From Psammoneis japonica (taxonomy: Eukaryota), in assembly GCA_008632985.1 (NCBI GenBank), contig QPGO01000211.1, forward strand, positions 1 through 64,000: 64,000 bases of DNA. The letters are read 5' to 3'. This document shows, in pieces, positions 1 to 11,328 of this stretch (positions are counted from its first letter, which is position 1; every line of letters starts with the position of its first letter). The notes below the pieces were generated by a model, which saw only the letters and a list, made by a program, of their open reading frames with translations, was not told the origin of the DNA and did no database searches. Position numbers and translations under genes: made by a program.

Positions 1-122
1 TGTAATGACACTGATTAAATTTGAAGCCCTCAAAAGGATAATAGCGCTCCAGTCCCGAACTTGACGCTAAGTTCTACGAGTACTTGCATTCTTCGATTTG
101 CGTTGTTGAATAGCACTCGATC

Positions 123-2344
123 TTACTTCTTTACTGGTTCCATTTTGCCTGTCTGCGGGTTGAAGACCATTGTGCGTTCTTTTCTTGCCGTTTCAACCTG
201 TTCCTGCATGCGTTTCCTCGCGTTTTCCAATGCTTCTTCCTTTTCAGTTCGCTCCTTGCGATAGTCTTCTAGTTCTTTGAGAGCGGACTCTTTGAAGCTC
301 TTTCGTTTTGACAAAATCTCCATGAGCTCTGGTTCTTCAATGGCATCCAACCACGCTGCAAATTCGGATCGTGTGCTACGGCCAGGCTGTAAGATTTCTG
401 CAGCCAACAGTTCTGTACCCAACAACTGAACGTCCGATTCCACGAGGCTCGGACACTTGGCACGAATAACGGCAAAGGTTGGCTTGAGTCCCGAAACAAA
501 GGCCTCAAGAGCCGCCTCTTGCGCCGGATTACCACTTCCAAATCGAGGCACCACGTGCGCTAGCAAATTCACTTTGTCCTCTGGATCCATCCCGGCGGTA
601 GCTTCTCCGACAGGTGCCCAAAACTCTTCAGATGGTTTCCGCAAGCCAAGTCCTGACGGTCACGAAAAGCAAAAAGAGCGAATCATAAGTTGGAGTCTTA
701 GTACGCATACCTTCTGCAACCAGATGCAAGTTACGATCTTACCTTGCTTGAGAGCAATAATCTGTTCCTCGTTTCCAACAAAATCAATGTCAGTCACTAG
801 GTCAGTAGCCAACTGCGCTTGCATGTTAAACGTGAATGCAAACTGGTCCATCTTGATGAGGCATTCGTAGACACGAGGTAAAGCCTCCATATGACTGGCG
901 ATCCTGGCCTTTGCTTCTTCATTCTTGATTGCCTTGTAGGCTCTTGCTAATCGGGGAGCTACCAACTCCTTGTCACGGGACTCCATTACAGTTAGCATCC
1001 ACATCTTTTGGCTAAAGAACTTTTCAGGGTCTTCTTCATCAATAGCGTCATCCTCTGACGCCTTGGAGGCTTGTACGACATACATATTCATGGGTTTGTT
1101 TTGATTCATCACACCACCAAACAATCCGCCACCATCGATATCTCCAGCACCTTCCGGGCTAATATCAAAGCCTTTGAGTCCGTCCCAGCCATCTCCGGCA
1201 CTGAATTGGAAAAAGGATCCACAAATCCACATGTGCTGATCGTCATTCATGTCACGCCACATTTTGGTTTGAGCCCGTTCAAACTTGGACACGTACGCAT
1301 CCTTGGACGTGAATGGAACAATCATTTTCCCTCCGGGCTTGAGCAAATTCCAGGCCGTTCTTACGCCAGCGAACACGCAAAAAAGAAAAATTTAGCAACA
1401 GTCAACATGAACAACAATAATACGTCATTTTTGAAACATTCACTCTTACCGAAAAACTTCACGCGGGTTGGTGAGGAAATCCACAGTGTTGGCCATGACT
1501 ACAACGTCAAACGGCTCTGCACCAAGAGCTAGCAACTCTGGCGACTTGACCAAATTTCCTTCTTCGACATCATTCAAATCAGCAACGATAGTTTCGGTTA
1601 AAGAAGGATTTTGTTTCATGAGTTCCGGCGTAAGCGAGACACCCACGTGACGGCTCGGCTTGAGTCCCTCGGGAAAATACGAGTTTTCCGCGGCACCCAA
1701 TTCCAAGATACTCATACCGTCGCGAAGATAAAAGTTGTAGTGACTGTGTGAACAAAGTAGTTTGAAAAAGTAAAAGACTGAGAAACACTCACAGCAGCGG
1801 CAATAAAACAAAAAAAGAAAGTCAAAGACGCAAGGGCTCTCACTTTGTTAGTTTCTCGATCGCCGCAGGGTCCAAATCGGTCGTTTCCATAGCCTTTTCT
1901 TGTTCCCAATATTGCGCTGCATTGAATTTATTAGCCTCATCCGCCGTGTCATCCGTCGATGATGGCATGGTGGGCATTCCCGTCAACATGCCCTGTACGT
2001 CACCCATGGCGTTGGGTGTCGCAATTTCTTCCTTGCGCTTGAAAAAATCGGGCTCGTAGGGCCAAACCGGTGGCCATTTCCATGCCCCCTTTCCCACTCG
2101 TAATCCCGGTGCTTCGTCAATGGCTTCATCGGGAGCTGCCATGGGCATTTTCTTTTGAGCGTTTTGTTCCCGCATTTTGCGAATCATGGGGCCGATAATC
2201 AACGAAGGCGGACTAAAGGCATGCAAGGCCGTGTTGTCGTTTCTTGTTTGAATCGTAATTTGACCATTTGTGGGAAGGAGGAGCAAAGGCTTGAACGCAT
2301 CCCGCCATGAGCGCCAAGATTGCGACTGAACTGTATTTCACCAT
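123..2344 (-). CDS. Plastid-targeted class I SAM-dependent methyltransferase-like protein; 4 exons (2344-1844, 1743-1450, 1359-743, 652-123); one apparent 1-bp frameshift near 2270
   Basis: SILELGAAENSY motif I; FDVVVMANTVDFLTNPREVFR-TAWNLLKPGG; three GT-AG introns join the ORFs in frame; signal peptide MVKYSSVAILALMAGCVQA|FAP at 2344. Confidence 0.8.
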
Positions 2345-2853
2345 GGTTCAACTAACAAGAGTTTCAAAGACTCGACTTTTGTTATCTGTTTTCAACTTGA
2401 TCGTTGATCGGTTCGTCGGATTTTTTGATCAGTGATCGATCATGAATGAGCCAGTCGGGTTCCAGGTTATGATGTTTCCGTAGAATTTGTACTGAATTCT
2501 ACTTGAAGCTTGCTTCCGCGTGGATGACCACCTCTTCAAAAGTTCAACTTGGTGAGCTTGTTTGTCCGTGTAATTTGCCGTTTGTGTGCGTCATGACCTA
2601 TTCACAGTACAGTTTCGAAGCGGCGACCGTCTGATCTGAGAGACCTGGATGAGCGATGTGGATGACAATATTATTTGGAAATTGACGATGAGAAAATGAG
2701 AATCGATGGGAACAAATTCATGTTCGAGCAACCCGTTGCGACGAGAACCGAAACCGCGAAGGTCGATCGTGGAAATAGAAAACGCTGTGAATTGCTGATA
2801 ATGTGAAACAACATAAATTGTGAAAAGAAGAAGTAAATGAACGTACCCAAGGG

Positions 2854-4191
2854 ATGAAGTTACTGACAGCGACATTGGTGATATCGGCATTGCTACGCGG
2901 TTCAGACTCCCAATCAATTAGATTGTCTGATTTTTCCACGCATTCAGCCAGTCAGCCCTTAATCCAAAGACTCTCGCAGCATCCATCGATTGTGCCGGAG
3001 GAGCAGTTCATCCGCACCGTTGGCTCAACCGAGGCAGGAGCATACCAGGTACCCTTTGGGGAGATTTTTGCGATCGACGGGTGGCCAAAGACTGGAAGAA
3101 GGTCAAAGGGTCGCAACTACACAGTGGAGATGCTAACGCTTCGATCAGGCCTCTTGTTTGGCGGTGAAGCTAGGACGGAAAATCCTGAGAAGCACTGTGA
3201 GTATACAGATGGTCCCCGCGCTCCTGCTCCTTTGTTGCTAGTCGGAGTGATGCATGACAACGAGACGTGGTGGAAAAATTGTGTCAACGACACGTTTATA
3301 TTGTATGGTCCAGCTGCAAACCTAAGCGTTCCAGACTTAAAGAATGAAAGTACCGGGGAGTTTTCGAGAAAGAAACATGTGAATGATATATGCAGGCACT
3401 TAGTCCAGGCTGTCACGCAGGACCAATTCTTGGACAATGCAGTCAAGTGCATAAATCCAGAAGGGTGTTGCGGTGGTTGCAATGTTCCAAACACAAAAGC
3501 TACGTGCAACATGCTTGTGTCCTCGGGTATTCTGGAAGACAACAGGATCACAAGCCCCATCTTTAACTCCATCCATCATGACCAATTCTATAGCGACCAC
3601 GAGCTGTTCGTAAGATATCACGGGCATTCGGATGCCACACTACTTGCCCTTGAGGGTTTGACAGCACAGGTGGAAGAGGCAGCAGAATCCTGGCCTTCCC
3701 ATGAAGAAGCCGAGCGAGATCTTCATGCTCCGCCCATCAGTTGGTCCCTGTACAGCCTCCTTCTAATGTCATCCCTCACGGCAGTGGTTACCTGGAATTT
3801 CTCTAACCCATTTGGCAAGATGGGGAAAGCATCTCCATGGATGCTGAGCTTCTTTTGCATAGTGGCATGTGTGCCTCTATACGTGGCCTTGTGGGAGGAG
3901 CTGGAGCTGGAATGGTCGTCGTACAGTTTCACCACTGAAGGTGTACGTATATTGAAGCATTGCGCCGATCGGGATCTTGCAGATGGATATTTCTTTTCCA
4001 TGTGCATTACTACCGTACTTGACGTCACCGTTGGAGGTTCAGTGGAATACAAGGACTCCAAGTGGCTAGCCATTGCAATTCCAGCCGGTCTCCTCACACT
4101 CGTGGGACTTCTAGCACCACATCGAAATATCAGTTCCAAGACCCAGGTGGCTGACAAGAACAATAATCACCCCAACGAATCAAACGTTTGA
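2854..4191 (+). CDS. Uncharacterised signal-peptide membrane protein (445 aa, Cys-rich ectodomain, about 3 C-terminal TM helices)
   Basis: Single long ORF with hydrophobic N-terminus and hydrophobic C-terminal segments; normal codon and dinucleotide usage. Confidence 0.65.
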   Translation: MKLLTATLVISALLRGSDSQSIRLSDFSTHSASQPLIQRLSQHPSIVPEEQFIRTVGSTEAGAYQVPFGEIFAIDGWPKTGRRSKGRNYTVEMLTLRSGLLFGGEARTENPEKHCEYTDGPRAPAPLLLVGVMHDNETWWKNCVNDTFILYGPAANLSVPDLKNESTGEFSRKKHVNDICRHLVQAVTQDQFLDNAVKCINPEGCCGGCNVPNTKATCNMLVSSGILEDNRITSPIFNSIHHDQFYSDHELFVRYHGHSDATLLALEGLTAQVEEAAESWPSHEEAERDLHAPPISWSLYSLLLMSSLTAVVTWNFSNPFGKMGKASPWMLSFFCIVACVPLYVALWEELELEWSSYSFTTEGVRILKHCADRDLADGYFFSMCITTVLDVTVGGSVEYKDSKWLAIAIPAGLLTLVGLLAPHRNISSKTQVADKNNNHPNESNV

Positions 4192-4691
4192 TAAATAATA
4201 CCTGGTATATGGTTTACTGAGGACCGCGGTACATAAGCGAAGCGACGTTAGAATATATGCCAAATGAATCAATGCAATTGTGGTAAGTGAGTTGCTTTTC
4301 CTAGCGCTGAGACATCACGATGCTTGATGTGTTTTATAATCGATTATCTTTAGACTTTACCCCTTTTTGTAATACACTGAAATACAGCCTTTTATCGCTA
4401 ACTCTCTAGAGCTAGAGTAGCAGCTACTACGGTGACAGTAGAGAGCTATTCTCTCTAGAGTAGTAGAGAGTGTGTTACATTTTATTCTTGGAGCCAACAA
4501 TTCGTACAGCTGCAGTCGCAGCCGCATCCTACTTTCCTTCCTCGCTCATTTTTTTCTAATTCGTCGCTCCAGCTACATACTAGAGTGCGTTACCTTATTC
4601 ACTACTTTACTTGGTCGTCAATGCAACCATTCCTACAGCTGCGTTCGTAACAGCCGCACACTAATGTCCTTTCTCATCTCATAATTCTTCT

Positions 4692-5684
4692 CTAATTCGT
4701 CACTCCCTCTTCTGGTTCCATATAAAACAGTGTCAACGTAAATTGCTTTTCCTTTTCATCCCAATGCGTAAAGAACCGCCCCTCACCCTTATCGAGTGGT
4801 TCATTTGGAATTTTAAACGCCACCGTTTCGTACGGATCCGCCGCCACGAGCAGATACTGATAACGCCGATCCGGTGGACTTTCGACACGTTGTTCAAAGG
4901 CACTCATGAATCGATGGCGGGGTTGAATGTCGGCATCCATTTCCGGATACGACAACTCAAACGACAGACAACGTTGATTTGTATCGGGATCGCGTGATTT
5001 GTACACTTGATAGGCGGGACGGCCAATGCGAACCGTCTTTTCCTTTTTTGTTGTTGTGGTGGTGGATAATTGCGGCATGGGAAGCACTTGTTGACTCTGT
5101 TCTTGTTTGAGCTTTTCCAATGCCGCTCGCTTGGCGAGACCTGTCTGATGCTTTTTCCCCTGCGTGTGGGCCAAATAATTCGCTTCATTGGAATGAAGTG
5201 TCAAACACAATTTACATTCATAGGATCCCAAATGATTTCGCATCAAATACGGGTCCTTGGCCAAATCAATGCTTTCCAGAGCCAATTGCCGCAAACGCTC
5301 CTTGCGTTCGCGTTCGGCGTTTTGGGACGAACTCACACCTCCACCACCAAATTTACTGCCGACACGATTCTGACGGTCCGCCATGCCACCGCGGAGCCGT
5401 AAACGTAACGAAACGCAATGTTCGCGTTGATTCTTCTTTAGCAACAATTCATATTCGGATCGTCCCAACACCTTGCCCTCGTGCAACACCATGCCGTGAC
5501 GTCGCTGACGAACCTTGCGTTCGGGACTGCAAGTCGAAGAAGAACGTTTACGACTATTGATGTCTACATCACGACGGTGTGCAGCATCCCACAATTCACC
5601 CACAAACGACTCGTAGGGGACAGACGGAGAAAGAGTTGTTGCGGCTGTACGGCCTCGTGGTGTGGTTACCAAATACGTAATCAT
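4692..5684 (-). CDS. SF3A2: Splicing factor 3A subunit 2 (SAP62/Prp11) with an N-terminal ubiquitin-like extension ending LRLRGG
   Basis: RERLRQLALESIDLAKDPYLMRNHLGSYECKLCLTLHSNEANYLAHTQGKKHQ matrin-type Zn finger; PRHRFMSAFEQRVE and YQYLLVAADPYETVAFKIPN. Confidence 0.95.
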   Translation of the reverse strand: MITYLVTTPRGRTAATTLSPSVPYESFVGELWDAAHRRDVDINSRKRSSSTCSPERKVRQRRHGMVLHEGKVLGRSEYELLLKKNQREHCVSLRLRLRGGMADRQNRVGSKFGGGGVSSSQNAERERKERLRQLALESIDLAKDPYLMRNHLGSYECKLCLTLHSNEANYLAHTQGKKHQTGLAKRAALEKLKQEQSQQVLPMPQLSTTTTTKKEKTVRIGRPAYQVYKSRDPDTNQRCLSFELSYPEMDADIQPRHRFMSAFEQRVESPPDRRYQYLLVAADPYETVAFKIPNEPLDKGEGRFFTHWDEKEKQFTLTLFYMEPEEGVTN

Positions 5685-5787
5685 CGAGTTGTTATTGTCA
5701 TTGGTTGTTCATAATCATATTGTTGGTAGCGTAGAGATAAAAGAGAAAGAGAGAGAGAGGAGTATGTAGCAAGGACGACGGCAAATA

Positions 5788-5817
5788 GCAACAACAACAA
5801 CAACAACAACAACAACG
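5788..5817 (+). repeat. (ACA)n microsatellite
   Basis: caacaacaac... run seen directly. Confidence 0.9.
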
Positions 5818-6094
5818 ACGGCGGCGAGTTGTGTGCCATTGGCTGTCGTCACGCTCCTGCTGTCGTCATTTTTTCCGTAGAATTCCACGTGAGTTTTGTA
5901 CCACACATACAGCGAAATGCTGACATACAAAAAGACAGACGGCTGTCATTTTTCGCACGACTCGATATACTCGACTGAATGGAAAATTTTCCTCCGCGGA
6001 GTGCTCGAGTGCGCAGTCTTTCCCGTTTTCTCTCTAGAGACAATCCAACAGCATTGCTTGTTTTCTTTCATCATTCCAACGTACACAGTCTTTA

Positions 6095-6870
6095 TCAGCA
6101 TGGTTTTTGTGTGAGAGGTTCTTCTTCTCTTGTTGCCAGTTTTCTCTCCTGCACCCACAGCTCTCTGGCGCATCCTGCCAGCAGGAGGATGGAGAGATGG
6201 GGGGCTCTTCTGGCTCCACAACCATCTTCATCTGGAACATGAAAATTCAGGTTCCTTTCTCTCCAACCAAGTTTTGCCGAGTCAGGGTGCCAGCGGGTGC
6301 AGCCCCAAAGTGCTCCCAGCACGCCCCCGCTGACATTGCAGCACCCCCTGGGCCTTTCCCATGCTCTGCCTCTCAGCCATGCACAGGAAGAGCTGCTTCT
6401 TTCTCTCTCTCTGTGCAACTGCACCACCATGCTTGTCATCTTCTTGCTGTGGGCATCTCTGCAGGTGGCGCTGAGAGCAAAGAGCAACTCTTCTCTCTTG
6501 TGCGCAGGGGCAGCGTGAGTGTGACTTCACAGCAAGCTGGCTGGAGGCATGGTGGTGGTCCAACAATGCCAAGTCTCCTGGCAACAAGTGCAATGAATGC
6601 ATTGCCTCCTCTGGCAAGTGTGCCAGGCTGGCAGCTGCTCTGCTAACAGCACTGCCAGCAGCCGTCAAGGCAGAAAGAGGAGGGACAGGCCGCGAAGCTT
6701 GGCATTGAAAATTTGCAAGAACATCCTGGCATGTTTCATCATTTGTGCATGGAGAGAAAAAGAAACGTGTGACCTTGCCATGCCATTGCCCAGACAACCC
6801 CGTTGGTGAATGCTGCTTGCAGCCCATGGCGAGAACAAAAAAGTCCAAGCCGCCCGACCGTCGCCCGCCT
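6095..6870. other. TpA-depleted degenerate island, probably a decayed repeat, between the divergent SF3A2 and IBTK-like genes
   Basis: Only one TA (CTAA at ~6644) in ~775 bp; CA/TG-rich; no credible protein. Confidence 0.7.
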
Positions 6871-7119
6871 GTATGTGCAGGTGCAGATTGAAGATTCAAA
6901 TTCGGTCCTCTGCAAAACGTCACGGTGTTCTGCAGAGCGAGAGGACGAGAGGGCAAGAAACAAAAACGACAGAGCAATGCAGAACTTTGACTGTCCATTC
7001 CTCACTGCTAAACGAGATTCATTCATGGAGAAGAAGTGTGTTATGAGAATATTTGCATACATCTGCTCGAGTATCAGATAGCAAAAAAGTGAAAGATTTA
7101 AAAAAGTGTTCATATTATC

Positions 7120-10100
7120 ATGGGTAGATCACGTCGCTCGTCTTCGACGGGGTCCATGTCGGACGCAATAACGCAGGCCAAGACGACAACGCCACTGCCC
7201 TCCGAGAAAGCGCTCAAGGCGACACGGCAAATTTTTGATATTTTGATTGACTTGCGAAACGATAATGGCAAGAGCTTTTTGCACAAGGTCGAGTCCAATC
7301 ATGACATGGGAATCGCGCAGTCTTTGCTACAGCGAGCGTCACAGGTGGATATGTTTGGGGGCAATGATGCATCCATGAGCGTATTGGAACGCTTGTTATT
7401 GGCAAAAGACTTAGAAAGTGGATACTCGGCTCTTCATTGGGCCATGATGGATCGGAACTTGGCGGTTGTTTTGCAAATTCTGAGGCATGTGGCTGGGACA
7501 ACGGGTGACAGCGAGGCTTGTCGATTAGCACACCGTCCGATGCACTTGCTCCAAGGTGATATCAAGAATGAGACTATCCTTAGTATTGTAAACTCCAGAG
7601 ATAATGAAGGTTTGAATCCGCTCGAATTGCTCTGTCGGTTGCAGCAATCCGAGTTGGCAAAGTGTCGGAGGTCTCTGGCTACCAACAACGTTCTTCCTGC
7701 TGGATATGCTGACTCACAAAGGCGAGTCTTGGTGGATCCCGACGAGCCGTTAGACAATGAATTTCATGTCTTGCAAGAGTCACCCGTTTCGAACACAAAC
7801 ACCAACGAGACTGATGCTGCCAGGAACGACTTTGGATGTGAAGTCCTGACGTTTGGGAAAGTCAACCACTGTGCTCTAGGCGGTGATGGGACGGCAGCTG
7901 ATACAGGCAGCTCGACTAGTACCAAGAACCAGGTCCGACCTCAACGAGTACAGGCATTTGCACTTGCGGATGTAGGAAAAGATCAATCCGCTGTGGCTGT
8001 GGCTGCCGCGGCTCACCATACTTTGGTGGCGACCCGCAATGGAAGGCTTTATGCATTTGGATTTGGCAAGGGTGGCCGTCTGGGTACGGGTGATGAACGC
8101 CACATGCCTGTTCCGACACGTGTTTTGGGACCACTGGCTCGCCGCCGTGTTGTAGCCGTGGCTGCTGCGGAGAACCACAGTTTGTGTGTCACATCCGACG
8201 GCAGGGTGTATGCCTTTGGGTCCAATAGATTTGGGCAACTTGGGAGTTGTGCCACGGAGGAAAGAAGTGGAGGTAGTGGCAGCCTTCCCCGTCGTGTTGA
8301 CAACTTGAAGCAAGTGTTTTGTGTTAGTGTAGCAGCCGGTGATCGTCATTCTGTCGCCCTTTCCAACATGGGTGAGGTCTACGCTTGGGGAGATAACCAA
8401 GCGGGACAACTGGGAATCGCTCTTCGTGGTGGCAACAGTTCAGGTGCATCGTCTCAGCAAGTGCACCGAGTAGATGCGCTTTGGGAGGCGTCCCCACGAC
8501 GCGTCGCCCTTGCAATTTCAGCGGCAGCACATTCGACGTTGGTTTTGACCGGTCCGCCAAAGACCGGCGCAGCGCTTCCCTTGAACTCGGTCTTTTCGTG
8601 GGGACATGGAAACCACGTTCCTGTCAAGGTGAATTTCGCGAGTTCCAACGCAAACACAGCATCATCTCTGACCAATGAAACCGGCTTTATGACTTCCAGA
8701 GGCCGCATCAACCCCGTTGCGATTGCTTGTGCAAAGTATCACAATGCCGCTGTTTCTTCCGACGGCCGAGTGTTTAGTTGGGGTCTTCACGCCGAACCGC
8801 TGGGTACAGCAGGAAGGAAGTCAAATCGCTCGGCTGGAAGTATGGTGATTGCTACTCCAGAGGTTGTTTCTGGTATGCTCCCGGAGAACGGTGGGGGCAT
8901 TGCCGTGGCTATATCTGTTTGTGAGAGCCATACGGCGGTTCTCACCGATTGTGGACACTTATACACTTGGGGAGCAACGTATGGAAAGGATGTCCTTGGT
9001 CACGAAGGAGTCAGTTGGCAGCCCAACCCAAGAAGGGTTCCCGGAGTGTACCGTGCTGTTGGTGTCGCGGCGGCGAAGGAGCACACGGTTCTTTTGGTAG
9101 GGACCTCCTTTCCACGACAGCAAATGTTGCATGAACCCGCCGATCTTGCCTCTCCGTTGTCGCTTGAAAACGCTTCGGCAAGGATTATTGCCAAGCACGT
9201 GGACTTATTCAATGTAGTGCCCATCCTGGTGATAGCCGAACGAACCAATTGCAGCCTCTTGGCTTCGTATTGCCACGAATTTATCCGTTTGAACCTGGAT
9301 GGTGTCCTTACGCTCGGAAAGAGGAGTGAGATGGATAGATACCTGAACGATAAATTGGCAGATGGAGCATATACGATGGAGACTTGTCCACGAGATTTGA
9401 TTTTTCACCCGTTGCTCTTTGACTTGGTTTACTCAAAGAAAACATCGTATCAAAAAGGGACGTTCGAAGAGAGCAACTTATCCGAGTTTTTCGAGTGGTT
9501 AGATTCCTGCGTGGGTCTCTTGGATCAACTGCCGCTATCGCTGCTTTCCAAACACCAGAAAGCTCTTGGCTTGGGAATATCATCTACTGCTCTTGGACGT
9601 GGCCGTCGCGACAGATCCTTGTCTTTCAATGACACGAACGCTTCTCAAAGCATCGACCAGGACTCTAATGACGTCTCGCATGACCATGTCATTGGTGGGC
9701 AAGACAACTTCCGCGGATGCTCTGAGAGGTGCATGATGCTCACGGCGAGTATGAATCTCAATTCAGCCAAGGCTATTAGGTCCAAGCACGATTGTCTAAC
9801 GAAAGAGATCAGAAGTGTCAAGAAGCGTTTAAACCAGATATCAAGACTGCAAGCTTCGCAAGAGGGATCCGGTTCATCTGAGATTCTCACGATCGAGCAG
9901 AAGCAAAAGATCGGAAGACGACCATTGTTGGAGGCAGACTTGGACACCCTCGAACGCGCTTTGGCACAAGTAGAGACGAAGATGGAATCGCTTATCCTCG
10001 ACGATGGAGACGTCGAGCAAGACCGTATTTCAACCACTTCACCTTTAACAGAAGTCGATGAAGAAATAAAGTCTGATTCTTCTGCAGACGCCGCTGACAA

Positions 10101-11238
10101 GGAAAAGGATGGCGATTCTCAATCTGAAAGTGCGGATGCCGTTCGGAAGACATTCCGATGCGACATTTGCAAAATTAGTTGTCCGGATGCCAACAGCTTT
10201 GCCATTCACCAGAGCGGAAGAAAACACCGCAACCGTGTTGGTCAAATAGCGCAAGAAGAGGAGAAAAAGACAGCCGCATCAATGATGGAAATGAAGAGAC
10301 GCCAGCTACTGGCAGACGACGCGCCCCGCCGATCATTGACAACCACACCAACTGCGTGGCAGAAAAAGAGCAGCAATAGCTTGAGTGTGCAGCCAAAATA
10401 TAAGCTGCCTTCGCCACCATCGTTTCCGTCACCGGAGCGGAAAGTAACTATGTCTCCAAGTGTTGTACACCCACCTCCTCCGCTTGTCCTTTCACCGCAG
10501 AAGAATCTCGGGGGGTCCAAAAAGGTCGCGAGTTTTCGGAGCATTCTTGAGGAAGAGGAGAGAGTCAAGCTGGGCAAAGCTAGCCACAAGTCTCCTAAAC
10601 GCAGTCCTCGAATGCCTCCTACTCCAGCGACTCCCAATTATGCACCAGCTACGCCTGGAGGAGGAGGCAGCCGTGGCGACGACTCTACATCCAAGAAATC
10701 AAGTTGCCTGGGTGACTTTTTTGGTTTGCCTCCAACCACCGAAAAGACGACGACCGCTCCGTGGTCAACGCCTCCCGTCAAACAAATGACGACGACAAGT
10801 CCTGCTGCCAAGAGCTTTCTTGAGATTCAGCAGGAGGAACAGGCGTTTCGTGCAAAAGAAGAGCCCACTTGCGCCTTGGACGGTCACTGGTATATTCAAC
10901 AGCGTGAACGTGCTGGATCCATTTCTCAGATTCAACAAGAAGAAACTCGGGAACGAGAACATTTAATCCTCGTGGAAGAGCAGAAACGAATCGAGGCCGA
11001 AATTATGCGAGAACAAGCGGCCAAGAAACGAAAAGAGGGCGAAAAGAAAAGACAACGCGGGAGAAGAAAAGGAAACAACCCCAAACAACAGATGAAAAAG
11101 GACCAGAACAACGCGAATTCTACTTCTGGTTCCAACACGCCTACTCCATCCAAGGGGGGTAAGAAACGAACGAGGAGACGAAAAAACAACCAGGCACAAC
11201 CGAACACCGCCACCAGTACTGCAGCTACCACACCATGA
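7120..11238 (+). CDS. Ankyrin + RCC1-repeat protein with C2H2 Zn finger (IBTK-like), 1372 aa
   Basis: DLESGYSALHWA ankyrin repeat; multiple RCC1 repeats (VAAAENHSLCVTSDGRVYAFGSNRFGQLG); CDICKISC...HQSGRKH Zn finger; KSFLEIQQEEQ C-terminal motif. Confidence 0.85.
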   Translation: MGRSRRSSSTGSMSDAITQAKTTTPLPSEKALKATRQIFDILIDLRNDNGKSFLHKVESNHDMGIAQSLLQRASQVDMFGGNDASMSVLERLLLAKDLESGYSALHWAMMDRNLAVVLQILRHVAGTTGDSEACRLAHRPMHLLQGDIKNETILSIVNSRDNEGLNPLELLCRLQQSELAKCRRSLATNNVLPAGYADSQRRVLVDPDEPLDNEFHVLQESPVSNTNTNETDAARNDFGCEVLTFGKVNHCALGGDGTAADTGSSTSTKNQVRPQRVQAFALADVGKDQSAVAVAAAAHHTLVATRNGRLYAFGFGKGGRLGTGDERHMPVPTRVLGPLARRRVVAVAAAENHSLCVTSDGRVYAFGSNRFGQLGSCATEERSGGSGSLPRRVDNLKQVFCVSVAAGDRHSVALSNMGEVYAWGDNQAGQLGIALRGGNSSGASSQQVHRVDALWEASPRRVALAISAAAHSTLVLTGPPKTGAALPLNSVFSWGHGNHVPVKVNFASSNANTASSLTNETGFMTSRGRINPVAIACAKYHNAAVSSDGRVFSWGLHAEPLGTAGRKSNRSAGSMVIATPEVVSGMLPENGGGIAVAISVCESHTAVLTDCGHLYTWGATYGKDVLGHEGVSWQPNPRRVPGVYRAVGVAAAKEHTVLLVGTSFPRQQMLHEPADLASPLSLENASARIIAKHVDLFNVVPILVIAERTNCSLLASYCHEFIRLNLDGVLTLGKRSEMDRYLNDKLADGAYTMETCPRDLIFHPLLFDLVYSKKTSYQKGTFEESNLSEFFEWLDSCVGLLDQLPLSLLSKHQKALGLGISSTALGRGRRDRSLSFNDTNASQSIDQDSNDVSHDHVIGGQDNFRGCSERCMMLTASMNLNSAKAIRSKHDCLTKEIRSVKKRLNQISRLQASQEGSGSSEILTIEQKQKIGRRPLLEADLDTLERALAQVETKMESLILDDGDVEQDRISTTSPLTEVDEEIKSDSSADAADKEKDGDSQSESADAVRKTFRCDICKISCPDANSFAIHQSGRKHRNRVGQIAQEEEKKTAASMMEMKRRQLLADDAPRRSLTTTPTAWQKKSSNSLSVQPKYKLPSPPSFPSPERKVTMSPSVVHPPPPLVLSPQKNLGGSKKVASFRSILEEEERVKLGKASHKSPKRSPRMPPTPATPNYAPATPGGGGSRGDDSTSKKSSCLGDFFGLPPTTEKTTTAPWSTPPVKQMTTTSPAAKSFLEIQQEEQAFRAKEEPTCALDGHWYIQQRERAGSISQIQQEETREREHLILVEEQKRIEAEIMREQAAKKRKEGEKKRQRGRRKGNNPKQQMKKDQNNANSTSGSNTPTPSKGGKKRTRRRKNNQAQPNTATSTAATTP

Positions 11239-11328
11239 CTATACAAGTTTGTACAGCAGAACTCTCTCTAAAGTTAAGAAATACGTTTCTCACAAAATGT
11301 CAAAAGGAAGGATCATTCTTTCTTTTTT

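Noticed and set aside
4400..4680. CTAG-rich short palindromes and a weak direct repeat (4505 vs 4634) as an RNA gene or MITE
   Set aside because: No cloverleaf, TIR/TSD pair or known motif; probably low-complexity 3' intergenic DNA.
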